A model generated the notes under the pieces. The model searched no databases. It was not told the DNA's origin and saw only the letters and a list, made by a program, of their open reading frames with translations. Below, in pieces: positions 1 through 12,407 of a DNA stretch of 64,000 nucleotides. The translations under genes were made by a program, and so were the position numbers. Source of the stretch: an uncultured bacterium (GTDB taxonomy: Bacteria > Omnitrophota > Gorgyraeia > Duberdicusellales > CBEUCJ01); NCBI GenBank assembly GCA_965541615.1, contig CBEUCJ010000002.1:159795-223794 (forward strand), given 5' to 3'. Positions within the stretch are counted from its first letter, which is position 1; each line of letters begins with the position of its first letter.

Positions 1-702
1 TGAAATTTTTAAGATTTTTTCTCTAATTTCTTCTATATTTTCTTTATGTCTGATAAGTATATCTAAGTTTAATCTGCATTCATCAGGAATCACATACTCT
101 GAAAAATTTGTTTTTAATCCATAAAGAGAAATCAAAGTTCCTTTTAATCTATCTTTTAATTTTTTTACTAACAAACAACTTTCTTCTATAGCATTTTTTC
201 CTTTATTTGAAAAGGCTGGATGGACAGATTTACCTTTAACTTTTACTTCTACTTCTATATTTCCGAAATGTTCTTTGACTATTTTTAAAGAAGTAGGTTC
301 TAGAACTAAAGCTTTGCGTGGAGAAATTGTTTTTGCTAAGTATTTAGAGCCTTTTCCTGTTTCTTCTTCGTCTACTGTAAAGCAAACACCTAAATTTAAT
401 TTTTTTATTTCTTTTAAAAAAAGTAAAATGCTTAAAACTTGTCCTTTAGCATCACTCGCTCCTGTTCCATAGATAAAATCACCTTTAAATTCAAAACTTC
501 TTTTTGGCTTTACAGTATCTACATGAGTTATTATCCAAAAATTAGCTTTAGGATTTATAATCAGATTTCCTATTTTTTGCATAAATACTCTAAAATTCAA
601 TTTTTCAATGTAGGTCTTTAAAAATCTTAAGATCTTTTTTTCTTTCCCTGAGATAGATTCTATTTCTAAAATTTTTTTAAATAACTTTACTATTTCATTC
701 AT
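1..702 (-). CDS. M20 family metallopeptidase/deacylase (ArgE/DapE-like), runs off the window edge
   Basis: Manual translation from ATG at 702 gives MNEIVKLFKKILEIESISGKE...THVDTV...GTGASDAKG...TVDEEETGKGS...VLEPT...GKSVHPA. These are the metal-binding HxD, DxKG and DEE motifs of M20. Not in the supplied ORF track. Confidence 0.88.
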   Translation of the reverse strand, partial: MNEIVKLFKKILEIESISGKEKKILRFLKTYIEKLNFRVFMQKIGNLIINPKANFWIITHVDTVKPKRSFEFKGDFIYGTGASDAKGQVLSILLFLKEIKKLNLGVCFTVDEEETGKGSKYLAKTISPRKALVLEPTSLKIVKEHFGNIEVEVKVKGKSVHPAFSNKGKNAIEESCLLVKKLKDRLKGTLISLYGLKTNFSEYVIPDECRLNLDILIRHKENIEEIREKILKIS

Positions 703-730
703 AATTAAATAATTTTAAAATAAATTTTAA

Positions 731-1201
731 ATGATGAAAAACATTAAAATAAGGAATGTAACAAACAAAGATTTAGCAGAATTTTTAGAAATTTATGTTT
801 CTGCATATAGAGATTTAGAAGATTACTCTTACAAAAAAAGTAGAGAAATTAAACGATATTTTAAATGGCTTTTAAAAAGAGATTTAGAGGGTTTCTTTTT
901 GATTGAGACAGATAACAAAGTTTTAGGATTTGTAGCTTCAGATTCTAACTGGTATAGTAAATTTGAAAATAGTTATGTTTTAGAGATACATGAACTTATA
1001 GTAAGGAAAGAGTTTCAAAACAAAGGCTTTGGAAAGAAACTATTGGAAAGAGTCTTATTATATGGAAAAGAAAAGAATCTTAAAATAGGTGAGTTGTTTG
1101 TAGGAAAGGAAAACAAAAAGGCTATTCTTTTCTATATTAAAAATGGTTTTGTAAAAAAAGAAACCTATAAAAAATGGATTAGAATGACAAGATCTATATA
1201 A
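731..1201 (+). CDS. GNAT family N-acetyltransferase
   Basis: Acetyl-CoA motif VRKEFQNKGFGKKLL and C-terminal NKKAILFYIKNGF. Confidence 0.9.
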   Translation: MMKNIKIRNVTNKDLAEFLEIYVSAYRDLEDYSYKKSREIKRYFKWLLKRDLEGFFLIETDNKVLGFVASDSNWYSKFENSYVLEIHELIVRKEFQNKGFGKKLLERVLLYGKEKNLKIGELFVGKENKKAILFYIKNGFVKKETYKKWIRMTRSI

Positions 1202-1232
1202 TCAACTAAAATAGAAAAAATTTAGTTTTTTA

Positions 1233-1241
1233 TGATATAAT
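1233..1241 (+). promoter_or_regulatory. extended -10 promoter (TGnTATAAT) of valS, leaderless/near-leaderless
   Basis: TGATATAAT lies 8 nt before the ATG at 1250; no Shine-Dalgarno in between. Confidence 0.6.
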
Positions 1242-1249
1242 TTTAGAAT

Positions 1250-3892
1250 ATGATAAGCCCAACTTATAACCATAAAGAAGTTGAAGAAAAGATTTATAAA
1301 ATTTGGTCTGAAGCTGGTTTATTTTATGCTGAACCTAATAAAGATAAAAAGCCTTACTGCATATGTATGCCCCCTCCTAATGTTACAGGGATTTTACATA
1401 TGGGGCATGCTTTAAATAATACAATACAAGATATATTAATTAGATTTAAAAGAATGCAAGGATTTTGTGTACTCTGGATGCCAGGGATAGACCACGCTGG
1501 TATTGCCACCCAAAATGTTGTAGAGAGAAAGTTAAAAGAAGAAGGTTTGACTAGAAAGGATTTAGGAAGAGAAAAATTTTTAGAAAGAGTATGGCAATGG
1601 AAAGAAGAATATGGAGAGACCATTTTAAAGCAACTGAGAAAATTGGGAGCAAGTTGTGATTGGAGAAGGACTCGTTTTACAATGGATACTGAATACTCAA
1701 AGGCTGTTAGATATGTATTTAAAACTTTGTATGAAAAAGGATTAATTTATAAAGGAAAGTATATAATAAACTGGTGTCCAAGATGTGAGACTTCTTTATC
1801 AGATGAAGAAGCTCCTTACAGACCTGTTAAGGGTAAACTCTATTATATAAAGTATCCTATAGAAAATTCTAATGAGTATATTACAGTTGCTACCACTAGA
1901 CCTGAAACTATGTTAGGTGATACAGCTGTAGCAGTTAACCCTAAAGACGAAAGATATACCCATCTTATTGGAAAATTCTGTATCTTGCCTTTAGTCAACA
2001 GAAAGATCCCTATAATTGCAGATGAAAGAGTCTCAGTTGAGTTTGGAACAGGAGCTGTAAAAGTTACTCCTGCCCATGATCCTTTAGATTATGAGATAGC
2101 CAAAACTCATAATTTAGAATTTATAAATATTATGGATAAGAATGCTCATATAGAATGTGGAATTAAAGAGTATGATGGTTTAGATAGATTTAGTGCCCGT
2201 CAAAAGATAATAAAAGATCTAAAAACTCAAGGCTTATTAGAAAAAGAAGAAGACTATGAATATTCTATACCCTGCTGCTATAGGTGCGATACTCAAATTG
2301 AACCCAGGATTTCAGAACAATGGTTTGTAAGGATGAAACCTTTAGCTGAACCTGCTATAAAAGCAGCAGAAACCGGAAAAATAAAATTTTATCCAGAGAA
2401 ATGGAAAAAAGTCTATTTAGAATGGATGTACAACATTAAAGACTGGTGTATCTCAAGACAAATCTGGTGGGGACATAGGATTCCTGTATGGTACTGTAAG
2501 AATTGTAAAGCAATCAATGTCTCTGAAGAAGAAATCTCAGAATGTCAAAAATGTAAATCTAAAAATATTGTTCAAGATGAAGATGTATTAGATACTTGGT
2601 TTAGTTCTTGGTTGTGGCCATTTGCTACTTTTGGATGGCCAGAGTTCAAAAGCCCTTATAAAAAAGAAGATTTAGATTATTTTTATCCTACTTCTTGTTT
2701 AGTTACAGCTCCTGAAATCATATTCTTTTGGGTAGCAAGAATGATTATGGCAGGTTTAGAATTTATAAAAGAGATTCCTTTTAAAGACGTTTATATCCAT
2801 GGAACTGTAAGAGATGCTACAGGTAAAAAAATGTCAAAGTCTTTGGGGAATATTATCGATCCTTTAGAGATAATAAATCAAATGGGAGCAGATGCCTTAA
2901 GATTTAGTTTAATATCTTTGACAGCTACTGGTCAAGATGTGTTTTTATCAAAAAGTAAATTTGAGATGGGCAGAACTTTTACTAACAAAATCTGGAATGC
3001 TTTTAGGTTAGTATTTTTACTTGCGAAAGAAAAAGAGACATTATTAAAAGATATTGAATTTGACTTAGAAAAGATAGCTCCTACACAGATTTTTGATAAA
3101 TGGATATTAACTAAGTTAACCAAACTCACAAAAGATGTTACTGAATCTTTAGAAAACTATAATTTTAATAATGCAGCTCAAAAGATTTACAAGTTTTTCT
3201 GGAATAAATTTTGTGATTGGTATTTAGAGTTTCTAAAAGTCGATTTAAAGACAAAAGACTCCAAAATTATAAAAGAAAAGATTTCTATTTCTTTAAAGGT
3301 ACTTTTAGACTCTTTAAAACTCCTTCACCCTTTTATGCCTTTCATTACTGAAGAAATTTATCAAAAAATAAGAGAAAATTTCAAGATTAAAAGATTAAAA
3401 GATTTTATAATGATATCTGAATGGCCTCAAAATAAATTTGAATTTTTAGAAGAAGAAGCTTTTGTTGATAATTTGTGTGAATTAATAACTAAAGTAAGGA
3501 GCTTAAAGCATATTTTAGGAATCCCTCTCAACTACAGAATAAAAACTTATTCTTTAAAAATTCCTGACCAATTCACAGAACACTTTAAAAAGTTAGCTTT
3601 TTTAGAAGATATTATAATGAGTGCTCCCAAAACTCCTTATGTAGGTCTATTTTCCAATGAGTTAGAAATCTACATAGACTTGGAAGGTTTTGATTTAAAA
3701 AAAGTGTTAGAAAAACTTGAAAAAGAAATTGAAAAAACTCAAAATTCTATTCAAAAACTCAAAAGTCTACTAAGTAACAAAGATTTCCTCTCAAAAGCTC
3801 CTCCTCAGGAAATAGAAAAGTTTAAAACCAGATTAGAAGATTCTGAAAATCTTTTAAATAAATATTTAGAGATTAAAAATGCAATTAAGTAA
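1250..3892 (+). CDS. valS: valine--tRNA ligase
   Basis: PPPNVTGILHMGHAL (HIGH), KMSKS, DWCISRQIWWGHRIP, C-terminal coiled coil. Confidence 0.98.
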   Translation: MISPTYNHKEVEEKIYKIWSEAGLFYAEPNKDKKPYCICMPPPNVTGILHMGHALNNTIQDILIRFKRMQGFCVLWMPGIDHAGIATQNVVERKLKEEGLTRKDLGREKFLERVWQWKEEYGETILKQLRKLGASCDWRRTRFTMDTEYSKAVRYVFKTLYEKGLIYKGKYIINWCPRCETSLSDEEAPYRPVKGKLYYIKYPIENSNEYITVATTRPETMLGDTAVAVNPKDERYTHLIGKFCILPLVNRKIPIIADERVSVEFGTGAVKVTPAHDPLDYEIAKTHNLEFINIMDKNAHIECGIKEYDGLDRFSARQKIIKDLKTQGLLEKEEDYEYSIPCCYRCDTQIEPRISEQWFVRMKPLAEPAIKAAETGKIKFYPEKWKKVYLEWMYNIKDWCISRQIWWGHRIPVWYCKNCKAINVSEEEISECQKCKSKNIVQDEDVLDTWFSSWLWPFATFGWPEFKSPYKKEDLDYFYPTSCLVTAPEIIFFWVARMIMAGLEFIKEIPFKDVYIHGTVRDATGKKMSKSLGNIIDPLEIINQMGADALRFSLISLTATGQDVFLSKSKFEMGRTFTNKIWNAFRLVFLLAKEKETLLKDIEFDLEKIAPTQIFDKWILTKLTKLTKDVTESLENYNFNNAAQKIYKFFWNKFCDWYLEFLKVDLKTKDSKIIKEKISISLKVLLDSLKLLHPFMPFITEEIYQKIRENFKIKRLKDFIMISEWPQNKFEFLEEEAFVDNLCELITKVRSLKHILGIPLNYRIKTYSLKIPDQFTEHFKKLAFLEDIIMSAPKTPYVGLFSNELEIYIDLEGFDLKKVLEKLEKEIEKTQNSIQKLKSLLSNKDFLSKAPPQEIEKFKTRLEDSENLLNKYLEIKNAIK

Positions 3893-4745
3893 AGAAATTT
3901 TTGACATAGTAAAAAAAGCTTTAAAGGAAGATTTCGTCTCTAAAGATATTACTACTCAGAGTTTTATTCCAAAAGATGTAAAAATAAAAGCTTTCATTAT
4001 GGCTAAAGAAAAAGGTGTATTGTGTGGCATAAAAGTTGTAGAAGTGGTCTTTAAAGAAATAGATAAAAATATAGAATTCTTTCCTTTAAAAAAAGATGGA
4101 CAGAGTATAAAAAGAGGAGAAAAAGTCTGTCAAATAAAAGGTCCAGCTTGCAAAATACTGTCTGCTGAACGAACAGCTTTAAATTTCTTAGCTCACTTAT
4201 CAGGAATAAGTACTCAAACTCAAAAGTGGATAAAGGAATTAAAAGATTCAAAGATAACTTTATTAGATACTAGGAAAACTACTCCTCTTTTAAGAGATTT
4301 AGAAAAGTATGCGGTTCGGGTAGGTGGGGCTAAAAATCATAGAATGAATCTAAAAGAAGCAGTCCTCTTAAAAGAAAATCATATTTTTATTTTAAGGAGA
4401 ATAAAAATCTCAAAAGATGAGTTAAAAAAGAAAATTTTAAAGATAAAAAGAGAAGGTAAAAAAGTGATTCTAGAAGCTCATTCTCTAAAAGACTTTTTAG
4501 AATTTTTAGATGTAGGAGCAGATGTTATTATGTTAGATAATTTTGATTTTGATTCTATAAAAAAAGCTTGTCAACTAAGAGATAAAATTTGTCCTTCTTT
4601 AGAAATAGAAGTTTCAGGAAACATAGATTTTGAAAGTTTAAAAAGACTTAAAAAGCTCCCTATCCAAAGAATATCTGCTGGTAGACTCACCCATTCAGTA
4701 AAGTGGTTAGATTTTTCCTTAGAGATAGAAAAAGTATATGGATAA
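3879..4745 (+). CDS. nadC: nicotinate-nucleotide diphosphorylase (carboxylating)
   Basis: [31 protein letters not shown] motifs. Confidence 0.96.
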   Translation: MQLSKEIFDIVKKALKEDFVSKDITTQSFIPKDVKIKAFIMAKEKGVLCGIKVVEVVFKEIDKNIEFFPLKKDGQSIKRGEKVCQIKGPACKILSAERTALNFLAHLSGISTQTQKWIKELKDSKITLLDTRKTTPLLRDLEKYAVRVGGAKNHRMNLKEAVLLKENHIFILRRIKISKDELKKKILKIKREGKKVILEAHSLKDFLEFLDVGADVIMLDNFDFDSIKKACQLRDKICPSLEIEVSGNIDFESLKRLKKLPIQRISAGRLTHSVKWLDFSLEIEKVYG

Positions 4746-6723
4746 GTTTGTATTAAAAAGCCCCTTTAAACCCACAGGTGATCAACCTCAAGCTATAAAA
4801 AAGTTAGTTGAAGGAATCAAAAAAGGATTAAAATATCAAGTTCTTTTAGGAGTAACAGGGTCTGGTAAAACTTTTACTTTGTGCAATGTAATTGAAAAGG
4901 TAAATAAACCTACATTAGTAATCTCTCCTAATAAGACTTTAGCTGCTCAACTTTACTCTGAATTTAAATCTTTTTTTCCAGATAACGCTGTAGAGTATTT
5001 TGTAAGTTATTATGATTACTACCAACCTGAAGCCTACATTCCTGAAACTGATACTTATATAGAAAAAGATGCTTCTATAAATGAAAGATTAGATAGGCTA
5101 AGGTTATCAGCTACAAGTTCTTTGATGTCCAGAAGAGATGTGATAGTCGTAGCTTCTGTATCTTGCATTTATAATTTGGGTTCTCCTCAAGAATACCAAG
5201 AGCTTGTATTATATCTACAAAAAGGGCAAGTCTTAAATTTAGAAGACTTTTTAAAAAGATTAGTTACCCTTCAATACGAAAGAAATGATTTTGAATTTAA
5301 AAGAGGTGTCTTTAGAGTAAGAGGAGATATCGTTGAAATATTTCCTACCTATAAAGAAGATGCTTTAAGAATAAGTTTTTTTGGTGATGAAATAGAAAGG
5401 ATCTCTGTGATAGATCCAATATCAGGAGAAGTAAAAAAGGATTTAGAGAAAATAGGAATCTTTCCTGCAAAACATTTTATAGTTTCTCACGATAAGATAG
5501 AGAGAGCTTTAATTACCATTCAATGGGAATTAGAAGATAGAGTAAGAGAGTTAAGAAAACAAGGAAAAGAGTTAGAAGCTCACAGACTTTGGACCAGAAC
5601 CAAATACGATATGGAAATGTTAAAAGAAACTGGTTACTGTCATGGAATAGAAAATTATTCAAGACATCTTTCACAAAGACCACCAGGTTCTAGACCTTAC
5701 TGTTTAATAGACTATTTTGGAGATGATTTTTTAGTAATAATAGATGAATCTCATATTACTATTCCTCAGCTGAGAGCTATGTATAATCAAGATAGAAATA
5801 GAAAACTCACTTTAATAGAATACGGATTTAGGTTACCTTCTTGTTTAGATAATAGACCTCTAAAATTTGAAGAGTTTTTGGAATTAGTAAAGCAGGTAAT
5901 CTTTGTTTCAGCTACTCCCCAAAGTTTTGAAATAAATCTAAGTGGTGGTAGAGTAATAGAACAACTAATAAGACCCACAGGTATTCCTGATCCAGAGATA
6001 ATAGTAAAACCTACTCAAAATCAGATTGAAGATTTGATAATCGAGATTAGAAAAAGAGTAGAAAGAAATGAAAGAGTTTTAATAACTACTTTAACCAAAA
6101 GAATGGCAGAAGATTTAGCAAGTTACCTTCAAGAGAGAAAAATAAAGGTAAAATATTTACATTCAGAAATAGATACCATTGAAAGAGCAAAAATTTTAAA
6201 AGAATTAAGAAGCAAAGAATTTGATGTTTTGGTAGGGATAAATCTTTTAAGAGAAGGTTTGGACCTTCCTGAAGTGAGTTTAGTAGCTATATTAGATGCA
6301 GATAAAGAAGGCTTTTTAAGATCATTTACTTCTCTGATTCAAATTGCAGGAAGAGCAGCTCGTAATATAAATGGCACAGTAATAATGTATGCTGATACTC
6401 TCACAGAATCTATGAAAAAGGTCATTCAGGAAACTAACAGAAGAAGAAAGATTCAATTAGAATACAACAAAAAACACAAAATTACTCCTAAAACTATAGA
6501 AAAAGCAATAAAAGAAGGTATTGAAGAGTATGAAAAAGCAAAAGAATTTACAGGAAAAGTTATCGGATTAGATAAAGAATCTTTAGAGATCGAAGAGCTA
6601 ATAGAAGAACTAACCAAAGAAATGGAATTAGCTGCACGTAATCTTCAATTTGAAAAAGCAGCTTTTTATAGAGATAAGATAAAGGAATTAAAAGAAGTTT
6701 TAAATAAAAAAATAAAACAATGA
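4738..6723 (+). CDS. uvrB: excinuclease ABC subunit B
   Basis: [41 protein letters not shown]-terminal UVR domain. Confidence 0.98.
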   Translation: MDKFVLKSPFKPTGDQPQAIKKLVEGIKKGLKYQVLLGVTGSGKTFTLCNVIEKVNKPTLVISPNKTLAAQLYSEFKSFFPDNAVEYFVSYYDYYQPEAYIPETDTYIEKDASINERLDRLRLSATSSLMSRRDVIVVASVSCIYNLGSPQEYQELVLYLQKGQVLNLEDFLKRLVTLQYERNDFEFKRGVFRVRGDIVEIFPTYKEDALRISFFGDEIERISVIDPISGEVKKDLEKIGIFPAKHFIVSHDKIERALITIQWELEDRVRELRKQGKELEAHRLWTRTKYDMEMLKETGYCHGIENYSRHLSQRPPGSRPYCLIDYFGDDFLVIIDESHITIPQLRAMYNQDRNRKLTLIEYGFRLPSCLDNRPLKFEEFLELVKQVIFVSATPQSFEINLSGGRVIEQLIRPTGIPDPEIIVKPTQNQIEDLIIEIRKRVERNERVLITTLTKRMAEDLASYLQERKIKVKYLHSEIDTIERAKILKELRSKEFDVLVGINLLREGLDLPEVSLVAILDADKEGFLRSFTSLIQIAGRAARNINGTVIMYADTLTESMKKVIQETNRRRKIQLEYNKKHKITPKTIEKAIKEGIEEYEKAKEFTGKVIGLDKESLEIEELIEELTKEMELAARNLQFEKAAFYRDKIKELKEVLNKKIKQ

Positions 6724-7409
6724 TAAATAAAATTTACTCTTTTAAAAAAATCACTTCTACTCAGGATTTTGCAAAAAAATTGATAAAATCTGGATTAGTT
6801 AATTCAGATAGAGTTCTGGTTACTTCAGAAATTCAAACCAAAGGCAGAGGAAGATTTAATAGAAAATGGATCTCACCTTTGGGAGGAGTTTATTTTTCTT
6901 TAATTATGAAAAAAAATGATACTTTATTAAGTTTTAAAATTTGCTTGGCAATCTGTAAAACGATTGAATACACCCATAACATAAAAGTTCAAATAAGATG
7001 GCCTAACGATTTAATTCTAAATGGAAAAAAAATAGGAGGAATGCTCATAGAAAAAATAGAAGACTTCTCTATCATAGGAGTTGGAATTAATTTAAATACA
7101 GATATAGAGTTATTACCTCCTCATAGCACTTCTTTATTCTTTGAAACTTCTATCTATTTTGAGAAAGAAAAGTTTTTAAATAAACTTTTAGAATTTATAA
7201 ATGAGTATCTAAATTATGATTCTAAAAAATTGATAAGAGAATATAAAAGTTACTCTCAAGTTTTGGGAAAGTTTGTAAAAATAAGATCTTTAAATAAAAC
7301 TTTAGAAGGTCAAGTTATAGATTTTGATTCTGAAGGAGCTTTAATATTAAGAGATAATTTTGGATTTAAGATTAAACTCTTTTCATCAGAAGTCATCTTT
7401 TTAAGATGA
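6720..7409 (+). CDS. birA: biotin--[acetyl-CoA-carboxylase] ligase (no N-terminal HTH)
   Basis: [40 protein letters not shown]. Confidence 0.94.
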   Translation: MINKIYSFKKITSTQDFAKKLIKSGLVNSDRVLVTSEIQTKGRGRFNRKWISPLGGVYFSLIMKKNDTLLSFKICLAICKTIEYTHNIKVQIRWPNDLILNGKKIGGMLIEKIEDFSIIGVGINLNTDIELLPPHSTSLFFETSIYFEKEKFLNKLLEFINEYLNYDSKKLIREYKSYSQVLGKFVKIRSLNKTLEGQVIDFDSEGALILRDNFGFKIKLFSSEVIFLR

Positions 7410-8125
7410 TTCTTTTAATAGACATAGGTAATACTACTATAGATATTGGGATTTATAAAGAGAATAAACTTAGTTTCCTTAAAAAAATAAAGACTCATCA
7501 AAAATTTTGTGTCAATTTAAGGAACATTAAAAATGCTATTATTTGCTCTGTAGTTCCTCCAAAAACAAAGGAAGTTTTAAACTACCTTAAAAAAAGAAAG
7601 ATAAATAATTTTATTATTGGAAAGGACTTGTTAGTTCCTTTGAAAAGTAAATATAAAGGAATCTTAGGTCAAGATAGAATCTTAAATTGCTTTGGTGCTT
7701 TAAAAATAATAAAGAAAGCTCCATTAGCAGTAATAGACTTAGGAACAGCTATTACTGTAGATTTTGTAGACAAGAATTATAATTATAGAGGGGGGATAAT
7801 CTTTCCTGGATTGAGATTATCTTTAGAAGCTCTTTTAAAGAGAGCTTACATGCTAAAGGATATAAGAATAAAAGAATTGCAAAGACCAAGAAAGATTATA
7901 GGGAACAATTCCAAAGAAGCTATTCTTTCGGGTATATTTTTGGGAATAAGAGGTGTCTGTGAATCGATAATTAAAAAATTAAAAAATAAATATCCAAATT
8001 TGAAAGTGATTCTTACTGGAGGAGATCTCAAAATAGCAAAATCTTGGGATTTTGTAGATAAAATTATACCTCATTTGAATATCATCTCTTTAAAATTCAT
8101 AGCAGAACATTACAAAATATCATAA
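7406..8125 (+). CDS. coaX: type III pantothenate kinase
   Basis: DIGNT, LGQDR, DLGTAITVD, GGIIFPG, TGGD; adjacent to birA. Confidence 0.94.
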   Translation: MILLIDIGNTTIDIGIYKENKLSFLKKIKTHQKFCVNLRNIKNAIICSVVPPKTKEVLNYLKKRKINNFIIGKDLLVPLKSKYKGILGQDRILNCFGALKIIKKAPLAVIDLGTAITVDFVDKNYNYRGGIIFPGLRLSLEALLKRAYMLKDIRIKELQRPRKIIGNNSKEAILSGIFLGIRGVCESIIKKLKNKYPNLKVILTGGDLKIAKSWDFVDKIIPHLNIISLKFIAEHYKIS

Positions 8126-8245
8126 AATATACCTTTAGATAAAGAAAACCACATAAAATTTGAAAAAAATGAGAAAAAATGATTAAAATTTTTATAAAAT
8201 TGTTTAAATTAATGCTTGATTTGCAAAAAAGTTTTAGTAAAATAA

Positions 8246-8272
8246 TTAGCACTCTAAGTCTATGATTGCTAA
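8246..8272 (+). promoter_or_regulatory. CIRCE element (HrcA operator)
   Basis: TTAGCACTC-N9-GATTGCTAA, one mismatch to the consensus TTAGCACTC-N9-GAGTGCTAA, directly upstream of groES. Confidence 0.92.
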
Positions 8273-8293
8273 ATTTTTGAAGGAGGTGAGAGT

Positions 8294-8584
8294 ATGAAAA
8301 TAAAACCTTTAGGAGACAGAGTAGTGGTAGAGCCTTTAAAAGCAGAAGAAAAGACCAAAGGGGGTATAGTCTTACCTGATACTGCAAAAGAAAAACCTCA
8401 AGAAGGAAAGGTAATAGCTGTAGGAGAAAAGATTACCGATGAAGGAAAAAAGATGCCTTTACAAGTAAAAGTAGGTGATAGGGTTTTATATAGTAAATAT
8501 GCAGGCACAGAAATTACCACTAAAGATGGAAAAGAGTTATTAATCTTAAGAGAAGATGACATCTTAGCTATCATTGAAGAATAA
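8294..8584 (+). CDS. groES: co-chaperonin GroES
   Basis: [38 protein letters not shown]; strong AGGAGG RBS. Confidence 0.98.
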   Translation: MKIKPLGDRVVVEPLKAEEKTKGGIVLPDTAKEKPQEGKVIAVGEKITDEGKKMPLQVKVGDRVLYSKYAGTEITTKDGKELLILREDDILAIIEE

Positions 8585-8599
8585 CGAAGGAGGTGGTAA

Positions 8600-10225
<1,626 letters not shown>

Positions 10226-10247
10226 TAATCTTTAAAAACCCTTCTTT

Positions 10248-10293
10248 TACCCCCCTGCTCTTTTTCAAAGAAAAGGAAAAGAGCAGGGGGGTA
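10248..10293 (+). terminator. rho-independent terminator after groEL
   Basis: 17-bp stem TACCCCCCTGCTCTTTT / AAAAGAGCAGGGGGGTA followed by TTT. Confidence 0.85.
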
Positions 10294-10299
10294 TTTAAA

Positions 10300-10328
10300 T
10301 TGACAGATCTAAAATTGTGTGTTAAAGT
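10300..10328 (+). promoter_or_regulatory. sigma70 promoter of PilZ gene (leaderless)
   Basis: TTGACA-17 nt-TAAAGT, 6 nt before the ATG at 10335. Confidence 0.65.
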
Positions 10329-10334
10329 ATTTAG

Positions 10335-10658
10335 ATGAAGGAAAGGAGAAGGTACAAAAGATTTTCTTTACTCATTCCTTTAAAAATCCAAAGATTTTAT
10401 TCAAATAAAATTGAAAATACAATTACTAAAGATATCAGTCAAGGAGGGTTAAGAATAAAAAGTGATTGTTTTTTTATGCCCAAGGAAAGGATAAAAATAA
10501 TATTAAATAACCCTATCTTTAATACAGTAAAGGGGAAAGTTATCTGGATAAAAAAAATGCAATTACCTGATTCTTTTGAAGCAGGGATAGAATTTATAGA
10601 ATTAGACAGTTATACAAGAAAGCTATTGTTTTTAAAATTCTTAAATTTTAATCTCTAA
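10335..10658 (+). CDS. PilZ domain protein (c-di-GMP receptor)
   Basis: ERRRYKR (RxxxR) and DISQGG (D/NxSxxG) motifs. Confidence 0.9.
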   Translation: MKERRRYKRFSLLIPLKIQRFYSNKIENTITKDISQGGLRIKSDCFFMPKERIKIILNNPIFNTVKGKVIWIKKMQLPDSFEAGIEFIELDSYTRKLLFLKFLNFNL

Positions 10659-10674
10659 AAAGGGAAGTTAAAAA

Positions 10675-10815
10675 ATGGGCAAACCTGATAGAGTAAATTG
10701 CGCATATTGCAATAAGTCTTTAAAAAGAATCAAAAGGTACTATAGGGACGGAAAATACTGGTGTAATAAAAAGTGTTATAAACAAGCAAAACAAAAAGAA
10801 AGTGCTAACTCTTAA
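10675..10815 (+). CDS. 46-aa putative zinc-binding protein (CxxC...CxxxC)
   Basis: MGKPDRVNCAYCNKSLKRIKRYYRDGKYWCNKKCYKQAKQKESANS; AGGGAAG RBS upstream; fills the gap between two PilZ genes; below the ORF-track cutoff. Confidence 0.7.
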   Translation: MGKPDRVNCAYCNKSLKRIKRYYRDGKYWCNKKCYKQAKQKESANS

Positions 10816-10824
10816 AGTAAAAAA

Positions 10825-11214
10825 TTGAAAGTAGAGAGAAGAAGAGCTCCACGCATAGAAAAAAATATCCCTGTAAAGATAGGCAAAGAAGAGTATGAAA
10901 TTATAACTGAGACCAAAAATTTAAGTTGTATAGGTGCTCTTTGTAGGGTCGATAAATACATAGAACCTTTAACAAAATTGAAAATCCTTCTTTTAGTTCC
11001 TCATCATGATCGCGAGAAAAAAGATAAATATTATAAGATTGAATGTGGTGGAGTGGTAGTAAGAACAGAGCCTTTATCTTTGGAAAATGGTAAAAAAGCA
11101 TATAACATTGCAATTTATTTTAATGAAATTAATGAATTAGACAAAGAAAAAATCGCTAAATTCGTTGAGTGGAATCTTCAAAACAAAAAGAGATCTAATA
11201 ATAATTCTTTTTAG
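10825..11214 (+). CDS. PilZ domain protein
   Basis: ERRRAPR and NLSCIG motifs. Confidence 0.87.
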   Translation: MKVERRRAPRIEKNIPVKIGKEEYEIITETKNLSCIGALCRVDKYIEPLTKLKILLLVPHHDREKKDKYYKIECGGVVVRTEPLSLENGKKAYNIAIYFNEINELDKEKIAKFVEWNLQNKKRSNNNSF

Positions 11215-11875
11215 TGCCCTTTTATTTAATCTTTCTCCATCAAAAATGAAGATAAAACTTCCTGAAATTAAAATCTCAAATATTTTAGATGAATCTTTGA
11301 ATAAAAGAATTTCTGTAAGAAGATTTAAAAAAACACCTTTAAATTTAGAACAAGTTGCAAAATTACTATGGTCAGCTAATGGAAAAAAAGTAGATGGTGT
11401 GAGTGGTCCTTCTAGAATTCTTCCTTCTGCTGGAGCTACCTATCCTTTAGAAGTATTCCTTATAGTAGGCAAAGATAGCGTAGAAGGATTAAGTGAAGGA
11501 GTTTATTTATACGATTATGAAAATAACCAGTTAATAAAAATTTTAGATAAAGATGTAAGAGAAGAATTAAGCTCTGCCTGTTTAAACCAAAGATTTATTG
11601 CTCAAGCTCCTATAACTATTCTTGTTGCTGCAGATTTTAACAGAACTACTCAGTGGTATGGAAGGAGAGGAGAGAGGTACGTAATAATGGAATCTGGACA
11701 TGCTTGTCAAAATATTTATCTAATGGCGACTTCTTTAGGGTTAGGAACAGTTGAAGTAGGAGCTTTTAATGATTTTGAAGTAAAAAGACTCTTAAACCTT
11801 CCTAAAAATTTTGAACCATTAAGCCTAATGCCTGTAGGTTTTCCTAGTAGAGTTAATGATCGAAAGAAAGATTAA
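11165..11875 (+). CDS. SagB/ThcOx family nitroreductase-like dehydrogenase (true start may be ATG ~11246)
   Basis: RISVRRF, PSAGATYPLE, YGRRGERYVIMESGHACQNIYL. Confidence 0.9.
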   Translation: MSGIFKTKRDLIIILFSALLFNLSPSKMKIKLPEIKISNILDESLNKRISVRRFKKTPLNLEQVAKLLWSANGKKVDGVSGPSRILPSAGATYPLEVFLIVGKDSVEGLSEGVYLYDYENNQLIKILDKDVREELSSACLNQRFIAQAPITILVAADFNRTTQWYGRRGERYVIMESGHACQNIYLMATSLGLGTVEVGAFNDFEVKRLLNLPKNFEPLSLMPVGFPSRVNDRKKD

Positions 11876-12407
11876 ACCTTTTCCAGTAAAATTAATAATA
11901 GGATTTATTTTTAAGGATTACAAAATTTTGAAAGAGGCTGAAAAAATCTTAGAAAAAAAATTTAAAGAAATTGATTTTGAATCTGAAATCATTCCATTTA
12001 ATTTCACTGATTACTATGAACAGGAAATGGGTAAAGATTTAAAAAGAAAATTCATCAGTTTTAAAAAATTAATTATGCCTCAAAAAATAAGAAAGATTAA
12101 AGAATATACTATAAAAATAGAGAAAAAGTTTTCTTTTGATAAGAAGAGAAAAATAAACATAGACCCTGGTTATCTAACAGACTCTCAACTTGTGCTTTCA
12201 ACGACAAAACCTTATTTTCACAGAATTTATTTGGGAAATTGCATATGGGCAGAAGTTACTCTCTTTTATCAAAATAAAACTTTTAGGTATTTTGATTGGA
12301 CTTATCCAGATTACAGAACTCCTGCTTATATTGAGATTTTTAATAAGATAAGAGAAATTTATCTAACTCAAAAAAGAGAACTTTTGAAAAAATGCAAGAA
12401 GACTTAG
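11856..12407 (+). CDS. DUF4416 family protein
   Basis: FTDYYEQEMG, RKINIDPGY, HRIYLG, WTYPDY motifs. Confidence 0.85.
   Translation: MIERKIKPFPVKLIIGFIFKDYKILKEAEKILEKKFKEIDFESEIIPFNFTDYYEQEMGKDLKRKFISFKKLIMPQKIRKIKEYTIKIEKKFSFDKKRKINIDPGYLTDSQLVLSTTKPYFHRIYLGNCIWAEVTLFYQNKTFRYFDWTYPDYRTPAYIEIFNKIREIYLTQKRELLKKCKKT

Noticed and set aside
275-621. Two short + strand ORFs
   Set aside because: They are antisense shadows of the M20 peptidase on the - strand; the same applies to the many short opposite-strand ORFs inside long genes throughout the window.
10798-10808. AAGTGCTAA resembling a CIRCE right arm
   Set aside because: No matching left arm 9 nt upstream, and it lies within the small Cys-rich ORF.
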